Virus record (IMG/VR): IMGVR_UViG_3300006030_000030
Location: 1-62,866 of that record
Source of the DNA: a virus
Taxonomy: Duplodnaviria > Caudoviricetes
Direction: 5' to 3' (one strand)
DNA length: 62,866 nucleotides
Under the pieces are notes generated by a model. It was not told the origin of the DNA and searched no databases. It saw nothing but the letters and a program-made list of their open reading frames with translations. This document shows, piece after piece, positions 18,393 through 28,941 of the stretch (positions are counted from its first letter, which is position 1; every line of letters starts with the position of its first letter). A program made the translations under genes and the position numbers.

Positions 18393-20165
18393 ATGGCCGA
18401 CCCTATGATGCCGGGTATGGGCGCTCCCGAAATGGCCCCCGTTGAACCTTCCATTGACCAGCTCGCTGCGTTTGAGCAGCTGCGTGAGCAGGTCTCTCCT
18501 ACTGAGTTCAACAGCGAGATGCTGTCCGCTGCCGAGCAGGCCGATCCTGTTGCAGTGGCCGAGTTCAAGCGGGAATTGGCAGCATTGGAGGTGGCCCCCG
18601 AGGTCATCGACATGCTCAATGCCATGGTCGATGAGGTGCTTGCCAATCCGGGGGACTACCCGGCCATTCGCCAGAAATACATGGCCATGGGCGTTGACGA
18701 AGAGCTGCTGCCCGAGGTCTTCGATGCAGGCCTGTTCGCCGCGCTCAACATGGCGCTGGACGAGCTCCGTGGTCCGGGGACCATGGCTCCTCCGCAGGGC
18801 TTCGCCAGAGGCGGCATTGCCAGTCTGAAGCCGATGGCCCGCGAGATGGCGGCCGCCGGCCGCTACGGCGACACCATGCTCGCCCACATCAGTCCCGTTG
18901 AAGCCCAGATTCTGCGCCGCTACGGTGGCAGCGGCACAATCAACCCCCGGACAGGGGCTCCTGAGTTCTTCCTGAAGAAGATGTTCAAGTCCATTGGCAG
19001 GGCGGTGAAGAAATTCGCCAGCAGCACGGTGGGCAAGTTGGTCACGACCGTAGCACTGGGGTTCTTTCTTGGCCCGGCCGCAGCCGGCCTGATTGGCGCT
19101 ACTGCCCCTGCGGCGGTCGCAGCCGTGTCCGGCTTTGTAGGCAGCGCAGGCTCGACCCTGCTTGCCGGCGGCAATGCCAAAGACGCTCTCAAGGCAGGTG
19201 CGATTGGAGGGCTGACCGCAGGTGCCACCACGGCCGTGTTCAAGGGCGCCGATGCGTTCAAGTCCGTGCCCAAGGCAGGCACTGCTGCTCCCGCCACAGC
19301 AGGCACTACTGAGGCGGCATTGCCAGCCCTTGAACAGCCTGTTGCCGCGACCACAGCCCCTGCGACCACAGCCCCTGCGACCACAGCCCCTGCAAATCTG
19401 ACACGCTCACCACTGGACTTCACAGTGGACATGGGAACGCGGACCGCGGCCCCCGCTCCTCTGCCGGCACAGGCCGCAATGGCTATGGCTCCCGTCACAC
19501 CCCCTGCGGGAACCGTGAACCTCGATGCGTTGGGAGGAAGAGTCCCTGCGTCAACGGCAGCCAACTACCTCGGGCAGCCTGCGCAGCAGGGGTTCACTGT
19601 AGGCGCCACGCCGGAACCCTCCTTGATGAGCCGCGCAATCAACGCCATTTCTCCGAAAGCGATTCTGGAGGCCAATCCGGATGCAGGGCTGCTGCGCCAG
19701 TATGGCCCGTTGGCGGCTACCGGCCTTGGGATCATGGCACTGACAGGGGGCTTTGAAGAGCAGCCTTCTGAAATACCTCCCGGTTTTGAAGGCATGGTAG
19801 GCGGTCAGGGAACCACTGGAGTCGAACTACTGGCGAAGTATCCCGAGCGCTATGGGATTTCCCTTGGCCCGGTTCAGACTATCTCCAGTGCCCCCTATAC
19901 CTCTGCCAATCGGCTGTACAGCGCCGGCGCCCCGCAGTATGTGGCAAAGGGCGGCATCATGGCGCTGGATCAGTATCCCCGCAAGAACGGGCATATTGCC
20001 GGCCCCGGGACGGGAACCTCGGACGACATTCCGGCAATGCTGTCGGACGGTGAGTTCGTCTTCACTGCCAAGGCCGTGCGTGCCATGGGCGACGGATCAC
20101 GGCGCAAGGGCGCCAAGCGCATGTATGCGCTCATGAGAAAACTGGAGGGCCGTGCCAATGGCTGA
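18393..20165 (+). CDS. Internal virion/ejection protein
   Basis: GR.GDTMLAHI..GGSGTINPRTG.PEFF segment, A/G-rich hydrophobic region, C-terminal GPGTGTSDDIPAMLSDGEFV. Confidence 0.75.
   Translation: MADPMMPGMGAPEMAPVEPSIDQLAAFEQLREQVSPTEFNSEMLSAAEQADPVAVAEFKRELAALEVAPEVIDMLNAMVDEVLANPGDYPAIRQKYMAMGVDEELLPEVFDAGLFAALNMALDELRGPGTMAPPQGFARGGIASLKPMAREMAAAGRYGDTMLAHISPVEAQILRRYGGSGTINPRTGAPEFFLKKMFKSIGRAVKKFASSTVGKLVTTVALGFFLGPAAAGLIGATAPAAVAAVSGFVGSAGSTLLAGGNAKDALKAGAIGGLTAGATTAVFKGADAFKSVPKAGTAAPATAGTTEAALPALEQPVAATTAPATTAPATTAPANLTRSPLDFTVDMGTRTAAPAPLPAQAAMAMAPVTPPAGTVNLDALGGRVPASTAANYLGQPAQQGFTVGATPEPSLMSRAINAISPKAILEANPDAGLLRQYGPLAATGLGIMALTGGFEEQPSEIPPGFEGMVGGQGTTGVELLAKYPERYGISLGPVQTISSAPYTSANRLYSAGAPQYVAKGGIMALDQYPRKNGHIAGPGTGTSDDIPAMLSDGEFVFTAKAVRAMGDGSRRKGAKRMYALMRKLEGRANG
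19348..19393 (+). repeat. 15-bp coding tandem repeat (TTAPA x3)
   Basis: Three ACCACAGCCCCTGC(G/A) units. Confidence 0.8.
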
Positions 20166-21294
20166 CATTACCTACACAGGTCAGATAGTTCGAGAAGCTC
20201 CTGAGATCGAGGCGTACAAGCTCGGCCTGATTGAATCTGCCCGCCAGCTGTCGCAGCAGCCGATGTTTGTCCCCGCCACCGAGGCAGCTGGCCTGTCTCC
20301 GACGCAGGTACAGGCAATCGACTTTGCCAAGCAGGGCGTTGGCGCCTTTGAACCCTATATTCAGGGCGCCTCTCAAGCCGTGACGCAGGGCATGGACCTT
20401 GCCCAGCGCGGTGCCTTGCTGACAGGAGGTGTTCAGACCGCCCCGCAGTTCCAAGAGGCACAGAACGTGCTTGGCCGGGCAATGCCTGTCCTCGGGCAGG
20501 GCATCGGCGGTCTTCTTGGCTCGGCGCAGGCCTATGACCCGAATGCCGCTACTGCTTACATGAACCCCTATCAGCAGGCTGTCACACAGCAGGGCCTGCA
20601 GGAAATGCGCCGTCAGGCCGATATCGCTCGGCAGGGCATGGCTGCACAGGCCGTGGGCTCCGGGGCTTTCGGCGGTACTCGCGAGGGCGTGCAGCGCGCG
20701 GAGTTCGAACGTAACGTGCAGGATCAGATGCAGCAGCGCATCATGCAAGACTACGCTCAGAATTATCTGCAGGCGCAGCAGGCCGCGATGCAGGGCTTCG
20801 AGGCACAGCAGGGTCGTCAACTGGCGTCCAGTCAGGCGCTGGGCAATGCGGCCATGCAGTACGGCCAGCTTGGTCAGGGCATCGGTGCACTGACCGGGCA
20901 GCAGGCAGGCATCGACCTGCAGCGTGCATCACTGCTCGGAGGCCTTGGCTCGCAAATCGGCTCCTTGGGCACACAGATGGGCGCCTTGGGCCAAGCAACA
21001 CAGCAATTGGGCGCGGCCGACACCGGCCTGCTCATGGGCCTTGGTCAGATCGAACAGCAGAACGCGCAGGCACAGCTGGACGCGATCCGTGCAACGCAGT
21101 TGCAGGAGCAGATGGCACCGTACCAGCAGCTGGCCTTTGCGAGCGACATCTACCGCGGTGCGCCGTCCACACAAATGGCACTGACTTCGCAAAGCGCCCC
21201 GACGGCAAGTCCGCTACAATCGGCACTGGGTCTTGGCATCGCAGGGCTGTCCGCTGCCGCTGGCGCGAAACAGATCGGCCTTTTCCCGAGCTAA
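20158..21294 (+). CDS. Gln/Gly-rich DNA ejection/transfer protein
   Basis: YMNPYQQAV..GAFGGTR motif; Q/A/G-rich helices. Confidence 0.7.
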   Translation: MADITYTGQIVREAPEIEAYKLGLIESARQLSQQPMFVPATEAAGLSPTQVQAIDFAKQGVGAFEPYIQGASQAVTQGMDLAQRGALLTGGVQTAPQFQEAQNVLGRAMPVLGQGIGGLLGSAQAYDPNAATAYMNPYQQAVTQQGLQEMRRQADIARQGMAAQAVGSGAFGGTREGVQRAEFERNVQDQMQQRIMQDYAQNYLQAQQAAMQGFEAQQGRQLASSQALGNAAMQYGQLGQGIGALTGQQAGIDLQRASLLGGLGSQIGSLGTQMGALGQATQQLGAADTGLLMGLGQIEQQNAQAQLDAIRATQLQEQMAPYQQLAFASDIYRGAPSTQMALTSQSAPTASPLQSALGLGIAGLSAAAGAKQIGLFPS

Positions 21295-21303
21295 GGAGCA
21301 CAC

Positions 21304-23250
21304 ATGAAAAGCAAGGTACTACAGCGTCCGATGTTCATGTCGCCGGATGAGGTCGAGAATGTCGGCATCATGCAGGGCTTCATGGATGACATGGAAGACA
21401 TCTTTGAAGACGATGAGCAAGAGGGCGACGACATCGATGCCGGGAAGATGATGGGCCGCACGCCCGATTCCCCTGAGATTCTCATGAACAACCTGCGCGG
21501 GGACATGCGCTCTGTAGATGCGCGAGTAGAAGAGCTTGCCAACATGGTCGGTTATCGTGCAGCGGCAGAGACTCCCATGGAAGTGCTTGCCCTGCTGCAG
21601 CCTGTTCTGGCAGGTCAGGGAATTGCTTCACTGCCTGTTGGCGGCGCACCCGGTCAAGCAATGCCCCCCATGCCGCCCGTCCCCGCGGCACCACAAATGC
21701 AGCCTGCTGGCGCTCCTCCAGCAATGCCTGCGGGGGGCATTGCTTCCCTCCCCCAAGGGGACTCTGTTCCGCTTCAAATGAACAAAGGCGGCATCGTGCA
21801 GTATTTTCAGGACGGGTCCGATGAGGAAGGCGTGACCCCTGTCTCTAATTCGCCTTTCTCTAATGACGTTGCCTCCCAATATCGCGACGAGGTTCAGGCC
21901 TATATTACCGACCTCATGAACCAGACTCCCATGGCCGTGCCGTCGCTGCAGCAAAGCATGCAGGAGCGTCTGCCCATGTACGAAAAGCTTCTTGGGACAG
22001 GTGATAAGGACTCCATGCGTGCAGCAATGCTGTTTGACATCGCACAGACTGCGCTGGGGTATGCTGGAAACGTCGGTCCGCAGGGTCAGCCCCTGCGCGG
22101 GTCAGCAGCTGCGCGCCTTGCCGGAGCAGCTTCTGCGTTGCCGGGCCAGATCGGTGCGCGGCTCGCGGCCCAACAGCAGCAGGATCAAGCCGTGCGGCTC
22201 GCGGCACTGCAGGCCGCTGAAAAGGACGTGCAGGCTATTCGTGAGGCCAATTTGGACCTGACAAAAGAACAACGCTCGCTGATGAGTTCATTGGCGCGCT
22301 CGCCCACAGGTTCTACATCGTCTGCGTTTGGCAGCTCCATGGAGGGCCGCGCCCGTGCTCTCGTCACGGAGGACTATGACCTGTATGCACAGGGCCTCCT
22401 CTCCCCTGAAGAAAAGGCTCAGTTTGAGATGGCAGTTTCCATTTTGCAGCAGCCGCGCACTGAGACCGACCCAATTACCGGACTTCCTGTGCGCATCACG
22501 CCGACCCTTCCTGCCTTTGTGGAAGATGCCTTGGCGGCAGCAGGGATGCCTTCTGGGCAAGGGGTTGTAGCTACTGAAACTACTGCAGCAGGTGGGCAAG
22601 CAGGTGAAGAGCAGACCCTTCTGCAAAGAAACCCGCTGTCCGTCGCTCCACGCACCGACTCATACTACGAGGAGGGCATGCCTTCCTTGTTTAACGCAGC
22701 AACCGCAGTAGGCCCCATCCCTGCGTTGAAGGCGTTTGTCTTCCAGACTCCTATCTTGAACACGGTAGCGTCGTCCGATGCTGGAAGCATCACACAGGGT
22801 AGACAGTTCATTGAGTCCGTAAAAAACGCCCTTACGACAGGGTTCCAAGCCGGGACAGACCGTTTCTCTAACACAGAGCGCGAACAGCTTTTGAAAGATT
22901 TGGACATTGACGCAACCGTCATAGATAACCCAGCTGCTTTCCAGACAAGGCTTTTTGCCTTGGATGACGCACTGCAGGGATTCCAAGAAGCGGCCTTGTC
23001 CACCTATCGCAACACGGGCATGCCGGCAGAAAACAGACGAGCTGCGGCACAAAAGCTTGCGGACATACATGAGATCAGGGCTCTGGTGGGAACCCCCCTG
23101 CACATAGGCGGATCGTCCGACCCTCGCGCAAACAACATAATTCGAAACAATCCGGTGGGAACCCCTCTGTACCTGCTTGACAGCAATGGGATGAGGGTGG
23201 GGGCTATCACACAAGGGATGAAAGACGCCTTGGCGGCGCAGGAGCAGTGA
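21304..23250 (+). CDS. Internal virion/ejection protein
   Basis: 648 aa; VLQRPMF start; AAGGAG RBS. Confidence 0.7.
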   Translation: MKSKVLQRPMFMSPDEVENVGIMQGFMDDMEDIFEDDEQEGDDIDAGKMMGRTPDSPEILMNNLRGDMRSVDARVEELANMVGYRAAAETPMEVLALLQPVLAGQGIASLPVGGAPGQAMPPMPPVPAAPQMQPAGAPPAMPAGGIASLPQGDSVPLQMNKGGIVQYFQDGSDEEGVTPVSNSPFSNDVASQYRDEVQAYITDLMNQTPMAVPSLQQSMQERLPMYEKLLGTGDKDSMRAAMLFDIAQTALGYAGNVGPQGQPLRGSAAARLAGAASALPGQIGARLAAQQQQDQAVRLAALQAAEKDVQAIREANLDLTKEQRSLMSSLARSPTGSTSSAFGSSMEGRARALVTEDYDLYAQGLLSPEEKAQFEMAVSILQQPRTETDPITGLPVRITPTLPAFVEDALAAAGMPSGQGVVATETTAAGGQAGEEQTLLQRNPLSVAPRTDSYYEEGMPSLFNAATAVGPIPALKAFVFQTPILNTVASSDAGSITQGRQFIESVKNALTTGFQAGTDRFSNTEREQLLKDLDIDATVIDNPAAFQTRLFALDDALQGFQEAALSTYRNTGMPAENRRAAAQKLADIHEIRALVGTPLHIGGSSDPRANNIIRNNPVGTPLYLLDSNGMRVGAITQGMKDALAAQEQ

Positions 23251-23251
23251 C

Positions 23252-26200
23252 ATGGCCGAACCTACCTTGGCTCAGGTCTTGGATCAGGAGTTCAGCAAGG
23301 CGCCTACTCCTGAGGAGCAGCTGAAGACAATCAACGCCTCTGACTTGAGTCTTACTGAAGCGTTGGAAGAGGCGTTCAATGCCCCCACAAGTCCTGACTC
23401 TCCGGTGACCCCACGAGACATGAGAAGGGCCGTTATCACAGGTGCCGGGGTAGGTGCTGCATCGGGACTGACCGTAGGAGGCGCAGCCGCAGCCGGCATG
23501 CGCATAGGGGCTTCTTTGCCTCTTCCTACACCGGCACGCACTCCAGCGATTATTGGAGGGGGGATTCTGGGCTTTGGCATCGGTTTGACAGGATCTTCTT
23601 ACCTGAACCAGCTCCTCGAGAGCAATGTGCCAGAGCGCTATTTGAATGATCGCCGCTTGATGCCGTACTACCAAGGAGGACGCACCTTTGGGGAAACTAT
23701 TGGCGCCGCTCCTCTGACGTTTGGGATGCCTGTCATGCAAGGCGGCCGGGTTGCCAACTTCATGTCCCGCATTGGGACTGAGGCCCGGCTTGCCCCCAAA
23801 GCAACAATTGCCCAAGAGACGTTTTCTGCTACGGGTGCAGGCCTTGCTGGCGGAGCTGCACTGGCATACAACCCCGAATCCGAGGGTCTTCGCTTTGGAG
23901 CAGAGGCCCTTGGTGGCATGTTCGCTCCCCCGAAGATGCTGCTCACGGGCGCGCAGAATGCTCAAGGCCTCTTGTCCAACATCTCTGCACGCTTCAGCCA
24001 AGATTCCCGTGAGAACATGGCGGCAACGTACCTCAACTCACTGCTTCGTGAGACGGGGGAAGATCCCAACAAGCTGGTTAATCGACTTCTGGAGCCCGTG
24101 CCAGATGGAGTTCCTTCTCCGACTGCAGGGCAAATGACAGGCAGTCTTGCTCTTCAGGTGTTGGAAAACACACTGGCAAGGGAAAATCCTGCGTTTGGGA
24201 CACGTATTGGGGCTCAAGGGCAACGTGCCTTTCTTGCTTATCAAAACCTTGTGGATCGCGTGCGTAATGTGGGAACCCCGGAAGCCTATACTGCGGCCGC
24301 CAGAATGGAGCGGGACATGTTCCAAGGCCTGCTGAATAACAGGCTCATGGTTGCTGAACAGAACGCTGCTTCCCGTATTGCAAGGATTCGAGTAGACAGG
24401 CCCGAGACCCGTGCTTCTGTAGGTCGAATTTTGCAGGAAGAGGTGGAGAACGCTCTGGCAGATGCGCGCGAGTATGAGCAGGCATTGTGGCGACAGGCAG
24501 AACTGGAAGCAGTAGACATAGCTCCCGGAACGCAGGGACTGGATGACGCTGTTGTCACCCCTCGCATGCTTAACGCCAAGGGCAGTAGCCGTGGTGTTCT
24601 TGAGGCCATTACCAGCGTCACCCCCGAGTACCTGCGGGGGATGCAGGGGTATGGCACCGTGCAAGGGATCATGTCTCGACTGGGGATTAACAAGGGCGCG
24701 ATAGAAGCCTATGAGAATGGAAAGCTGACTACCGCTTACCTGCAGGAAGGCGCCGTTCCAAATGAGTACGTCACCAATGTCAAAAACGTCCCTGTGTCCT
24801 ACTTGGTCAAGGCGCGTGGTGACCTGCTTTCACTCTCTCGAGCGGCTGCTTCCTCTGGGGATGTCAACACTGCGCGCGTCTACAACGACATGGCAGAAGC
24901 GCTGATGTCCGATATGGACAAGCTGCAGCTTCCTGCCTATGACCGAGCCCGTGAGTATTCCAGAGAACTCAATGACACGTTTACCCGTACCTACGCACGA
25001 GAGCTGACGGCTCCGATGCGCACAGGGGCGCGCAAGCTTTCTCCAGAAATAATCGTGGCCCGTGCTTTCAACAGCAACAATGACATCACTGCTCAACGTA
25101 TGTCACAGGTAATGAACTCAACGTCTTACCTGAACAGACGCTATGAGCGCCTGTTGAGCGAACTTGGGCCAGATCACCCTCAGGTGCTGGAAATTGCTCC
25201 CTTCGCTCAACGCTCTGCGGAAGGCATGGTTTCTACGGCAGATGCCCAGCGTCAGTGGCTGCTGCTGGGAGCCAACAGGGCACTGGAAGCAGATCCTGCA
25301 GACCCGAACAAGATGCGGGTAAACCGTGGGAAGCTCAACACCTTTATCGCAGAGAATCAGCGCTATCTTCAAGAAGCGGGTCTCTTGAATGACCTTCAGG
25401 ACGCGGACAGGGCAGAAGCCGCCTTGCAGACGGTGCTTAACCAAAACAGCGCCTTCAACAAGGGAATCAAAAACCAAGCTGCGTTTGCCATGGCGCTTGG
25501 CAGGGAAAACCCCGTGAAAGCGGTCTCGGAAGCGATTAACGGTCAAAACCCTGTTCGAAGCATGCGCAGACTGAGTGCTTTGGCTCGAAGCGGTGGAAGG
25601 GAGTCGGTAGACGGGTTCAAATCAATCCTCTACGACTACGCTTTCAGTTCAGCTGGGGGCATGACCGGGAACTTCAGTCCGGCTGCGTACTACGACACGC
25701 TTTTCGAACCTATCTCCAGAAACCAGCCTTCGTTGATTCAGTTCATGACCCAGTCAGGCATGATGACGCAGATGGAAAAGAACAACCTGCGTCGCCTCCT
25801 GCTGCCCATGGTTCAGATTGAAAACGCTGTTGCGAACAAGCAACTGATCAGTGAAGCGGTTGGAGGAAATCCCTCTGCGGTGCAAAGGCTGGCAGCTCGG
25901 TATGTGGGCGCCAGAGCCGGTAGCGCGCTTGCCAGTGGAGCGGGCTCTGGAGCGTCAATCCAGATCCCGGGATTCACGGCTTCCGCTCTGGATGACCTGA
26001 TCAACAGACAGCCCAACATCTTGATCAAAGATATCCTGCAGCGGGCCGCGCAAGACCCCCAGTTGGCCGCATCCTTGATCCAGCGTGCGGACCCTCGATC
26101 CCAGACAGGGGAAGAATTAGCACGCAAACTGGCCGCACAACTTGGTCTCAACGGCATCAACGTAGCGGTACCTGCGGTCATCAACCCACTACAGTACGAG

Positions 26201-26419
26201 CCTCCGCAGCAAGACCAGCCGACGGGAGCCTTTTCTGCAGGTCCCGCGGCAAGGCAGGCGCCTGCAGCCCCGGCCACGCGCGGAGTTCCGGGATTCACGG
26301 CTCCCGCTCCGGCCCCTGCTCCAACCCCCGGGCCACTGGGATCGTCGCCCGCGGCTCAGGGCTCAAGCAGAGAAATGCTTCAGAGGCTGTTCCCTTTTGA
26401 TACTACGTTGAGTGCGTAG
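23252..26419 (+). CDS. Large internal virion/ejection protein
   Basis: 1055 aa, helical, last gene of the late operon. Confidence 0.7.
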   Translation: MAEPTLAQVLDQEFSKAPTPEEQLKTINASDLSLTEALEEAFNAPTSPDSPVTPRDMRRAVITGAGVGAASGLTVGGAAAAGMRIGASLPLPTPARTPAIIGGGILGFGIGLTGSSYLNQLLESNVPERYLNDRRLMPYYQGGRTFGETIGAAPLTFGMPVMQGGRVANFMSRIGTEARLAPKATIAQETFSATGAGLAGGAALAYNPESEGLRFGAEALGGMFAPPKMLLTGAQNAQGLLSNISARFSQDSRENMAATYLNSLLRETGEDPNKLVNRLLEPVPDGVPSPTAGQMTGSLALQVLENTLARENPAFGTRIGAQGQRAFLAYQNLVDRVRNVGTPEAYTAAARMERDMFQGLLNNRLMVAEQNAASRIARIRVDRPETRASVGRILQEEVENALADAREYEQALWRQAELEAVDIAPGTQGLDDAVVTPRMLNAKGSSRGVLEAITSVTPEYLRGMQGYGTVQGIMSRLGINKGAIEAYENGKLTTAYLQEGAVPNEYVTNVKNVPVSYLVKARGDLLSLSRAAASSGDVNTARVYNDMAEALMSDMDKLQLPAYDRAREYSRELNDTFTRTYARELTAPMRTGARKLSPEIIVARAFNSNNDITAQRMSQVMNSTSYLNRRYERLLSELGPDHPQVLEIAPFAQRSAEGMVSTADAQRQWLLLGANRALEADPADPNKMRVNRGKLNTFIAENQRYLQEAGLLNDLQDADRAEAALQTVLNQNSAFNKGIKNQAAFAMALGRENPVKAVSEAINGQNPVRSMRRLSALARSGGRESVDGFKSILYDYAFSSAGGMTGNFSPAAYYDTLFEPISRNQPSLIQFMTQSGMMTQMEKNNLRRLLLPMVQIENAVANKQLISEAVGGNPSAVQRLAARYVGARAGSALASGAGSGASIQIPGFTASALDDLINRQPNILIKDILQRAAQDPQLAASLIQRADPRSQTGEELARKLAAQLGLNGINVAVPAVINPLQYEPPQQDQPTGAFSAGPAARQAPAAPATRGVPGFTAPAPAPAPTPGPLGSSPAAQGSSREMLQRLFPFDTTLSA

Positions 26420-27084
26420 TATCGATCCACCCGTTCCAGCCACTGGACCTTGTAGTCTTCGAACTCAGGCCCAGTGGTGGTGAACACCTGATTCTCTCCC
26501 GTCTGCGTCGCCACCAGTATCACTCCGAACCCGATCCGCGTTCCGTGGACCGCGTCATGCGCACAGGCATACGCGGCCAGCTGATGGAAATAGTCGGTAA
26601 TCCACTGCTTTCGCTTGGGCTTGAGGCTTTGCTTGAAGTCGATGATGGCAGGATTGCCGCGCCACACGCCTATCAAATCCGTGGTCCCCGCATATCGGTC
26701 CGGATACAGAAGAGGGATTTCTGACCCCCAGTGCTCATCAACACTGGGCAGGTACTCGTTCGCCAGACGAAACCCCATCTCGTAGCCACGCATTTCAAGC
26801 CAATCGACCGGCGGCAACAATCTGTCTCCTGTCAGCACGTGCTCCATGACCCGGTGCATGGCAGTTCCGACGTGGGCCGCTTCTGTCTTGATGCGCTCGG
26901 CCTCCTCTTCCCCGACTCGCTTTTTCCACTCCTCAAGCTGACTCTTGTCCTTGGTCGCATCCAGTATCGTGGTCACGCTGGGGAGAGCCTTTCCGTTAGG
27001 AGTCACGTAGTGCCTGCCCTCAGGCTGGTCTACCCGCACCAAGGGCTCGTAGGTGTAGCGGGGTGAGTACCTCACAAGAGCCAT
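26380..27084 (-). CDS. PD-(D/E)XK exonuclease
   Basis: LPSVTTIL, GTAMH, E..L..YAGTTD..IIDFK..QLAAYA. Confidence 0.85.
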   Translation of the reverse strand: MALVRYSPRYTYEPLVRVDQPEGRHYVTPNGKALPSVTTILDATKDKSQLEEWKKRVGEEEAERIKTEAAHVGTAMHRVMEHVLTGDRLLPPVDWLEMRGYEMGFRLANEYLPSVDEHWGSEIPLLYPDRYAGTTDLIGVWRGNPAIIDFKQSLKPKRKQWITDYFHQLAAYACAHDAVHGTRIGFGVILVATQTGENQVFTTTGPEFEDYKVQWLERVDRYYALNVVSKGNSL

Positions 27085-28523
27085 TGTTTGATCTCCTCGC
27101 CCAGCACAGCACTCGCGATGTTGATCTTGTCCCGCAGTGCCTTCACGATGTGCTCGTCCACTGTCTTGGGGGCGATCAGATCGATGTAGGTCACTTTGTT
27201 GGTTTGACCGATGCGGTGCGCGCGGTCCTCGGACTGCAAGCGTTTCTCCAAGTCGAAACTGTTGCTGTAGTAGATCACCACATGTGCTGCAGTTAGCGTC
27301 AGGCCATAGCCCCCGGTGCTGGGATTGCCCACGAAGAAGCGCAGCGGACTATCCGGATTCTGAAAGTCGTTTACCACTCGACTGCGTTCTGTGTCATCCG
27401 TGTCTCCGTAGTAAGTGCCGACGCTGTCCATGCCGTAGGTCTTTTGCAGCTCGAGTCGAATGGCTTCGATGTCCAGTCTGTATGTGGCCCAGATAATGGC
27501 TTTGCCATCCACCTCTTCCAGTATGTTCATCAGCTCCTTCAGACGATTGTTGGGCAGTGACTTGACCTGCCCATCATCAAGCTTGGCGTGGCCACAGACG
27601 ATTTGGTGCAGGCGCATCAGCTGGGTCAGCGCATTGGTTGTGGTCATCATGCCGTCCTCGAACAAAGACAGGGCCATTTTCTTCATGTCCATGTAGGCCT
27701 GCCCCTGTTCATTCGTCAGTTCGACTTCGCGCCGCACGTACACCTTATCCGGAAGATCCAGACACTGGGCCTTGGTCACGCGATAACTGAACCGATCAAG
27801 CTTCTGCTTGAGTTCATCAAGGTGTCGGTACGACACCACCTGCTTGAACGTGTGCGAGGGCATGTGGCGCTCCACCAGCACGGCATATCGGGCTTGGAAG
27901 GTGTAGAAGCTATCGTGCCCAAGGCAGTCCTCTGACAGGAAAAGACACTGCTGAAACAAGTCCAGTGGGTTCTTTGTCACCGGGGAGCCCGTCATAATTC
28001 GACGGAATTTGCAGTATTTACCGACTTTTACTGCATTTTTGGCACGTTTCGCGCTTGGTGTTTTGATGGTTGTTGATTCATCCACCGCAGCGAACGTGTT
28101 GTGGTACATGCAGAAGCGTTGGGCAAACTTGAACCCCTTGTCCGTGGACAGCGCTTCGATGTTCATCACCAATATCTTCAAATCCTCCGTCACATCAAAC
28201 AGCTCGTCCAATGCCTTGGCCTCTGCCTTTCGGGGCGACGGGTTCCACGTAGCGGTGCGGTAAACAATGTGTGCTGGAAGGTGTTTGGGGATTTCTATGC
28301 CTGTCCAGTTGCGGTACACCCCCTTGGGGGCAATGACCAAGACGGCGTTGATGAACCCTTGGTCGTACAGCATGCTGAAGTTGTTGATGACCATGAAGCT
28401 CTTTCCGGTGCCCATGTCCGCGAAGAGGCCAACATTAGCGGTCTTCCAGAAACGGGACAAAAAGGCTTCTTGGTGCTGATACGGCTTGTTGCGATAGGGG
28501 TAGCGAGCCAAAAATTGTTCCAT
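27072..28523 (-). CDS. SNF2-family (SF2) helicase
   Basis: DMGTGKS, VDEST, MTGSP, GGYGLTLTAA, QSEDRAHRIGQ. Confidence 0.9.
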   Translation of the reverse strand: MEQFLARYPYRNKPYQHQEAFLSRFWKTANVGLFADMGTGKSFMVINNFSMLYDQGFINAVLVIAPKGVYRNWTGIEIPKHLPAHIVYRTATWNPSPRKAEAKALDELFDVTEDLKILVMNIEALSTDKGFKFAQRFCMYHNTFAAVDESTTIKTPSAKRAKNAVKVGKYCKFRRIMTGSPVTKNPLDLFQQCLFLSEDCLGHDSFYTFQARYAVLVERHMPSHTFKQVVSYRHLDELKQKLDRFSYRVTKAQCLDLPDKVYVRREVELTNEQGQAYMDMKKMALSLFEDGMMTTTNALTQLMRLHQIVCGHAKLDDGQVKSLPNNRLKELMNILEEVDGKAIIWATYRLDIEAIRLELQKTYGMDSVGTYYGDTDDTERSRVVNDFQNPDSPLRFFVGNPSTGGYGLTLTAAHVVIYYSNSFDLEKRLQSEDRAHRIGQTNKVTYIDLIAPKTVDEHIVKALRDKINIASAVLGEEIKQWLL

Positions 28524-28546
28524 TGACGATATCTCTTTCTAGGGGG

Positions 28547-28574
28547 TTGCGTAGGACTACACCTTGAGTATACT
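28547..28574 (+). promoter_or_regulatory. Putative sigma70 promoter of the replication operon (divergent intergenic region)
   Basis: TTGCGT-16 bp-TATACT, then AAAGGAG RBS. Confidence 0.55.
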
Positions 28575-28605
28575 TCTCACCCTCAGTTAAAGAAAGGAGA
28601 AAGCA

Positions 28606-28941
28606 ATGCCCGTAGTCTACGTGGTGTCGGAAACGGCACAGCACAACATTACCACCGCTCTGGATTTCGGCAGTGTGGTAACTATTCTTCCACCCAATGC
28701 ACAAGTGGCTTTTTCTGTTGCTCCTACCGTTCAGCGGATCAAGAGGAAACTGGAAGCGTTCACTGACGACGATTACCTGCTGTTCATCGGAGACCCGACA
28801 GCAATCAGTATTGTTGCCGCAGTTGCGGCGGCAAAAAATAACGGACGCTACAAATGTCTGAAGTGGGACAAGCTGGAGCGACGTTATATTCCGATCCAAG
28901 TGGATCTGTTCAAGAAAGGAGACAGTTATGACATTGAATGA
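28606..28941 (+). CDS. Conserved hypothetical phage protein
   Basis: 111 aa; DDYLL.IGDP motif; strong RBS. Confidence 0.8.
   Translation: MPVVYVVSETAQHNITTALDFGSVVTILPPNAQVAFSVAPTVQRIKRKLEAFTDDDYLLFIGDPTAISIVAAVAAAKNNGRYKCLKWDKLERRYIPIQVDLFKKGDSYDIE

Noticed and set aside
26380-27084. Exonuclease as Cas4 of a CRISPR system
   Set aside because: Lacks the Cas4 four-cysteine cluster and has no array or other cas genes nearby.
28242-28250. GTTCCACGT as a second parS
   Set aside because: Half-site only, inside the SNF2 coding sequence.
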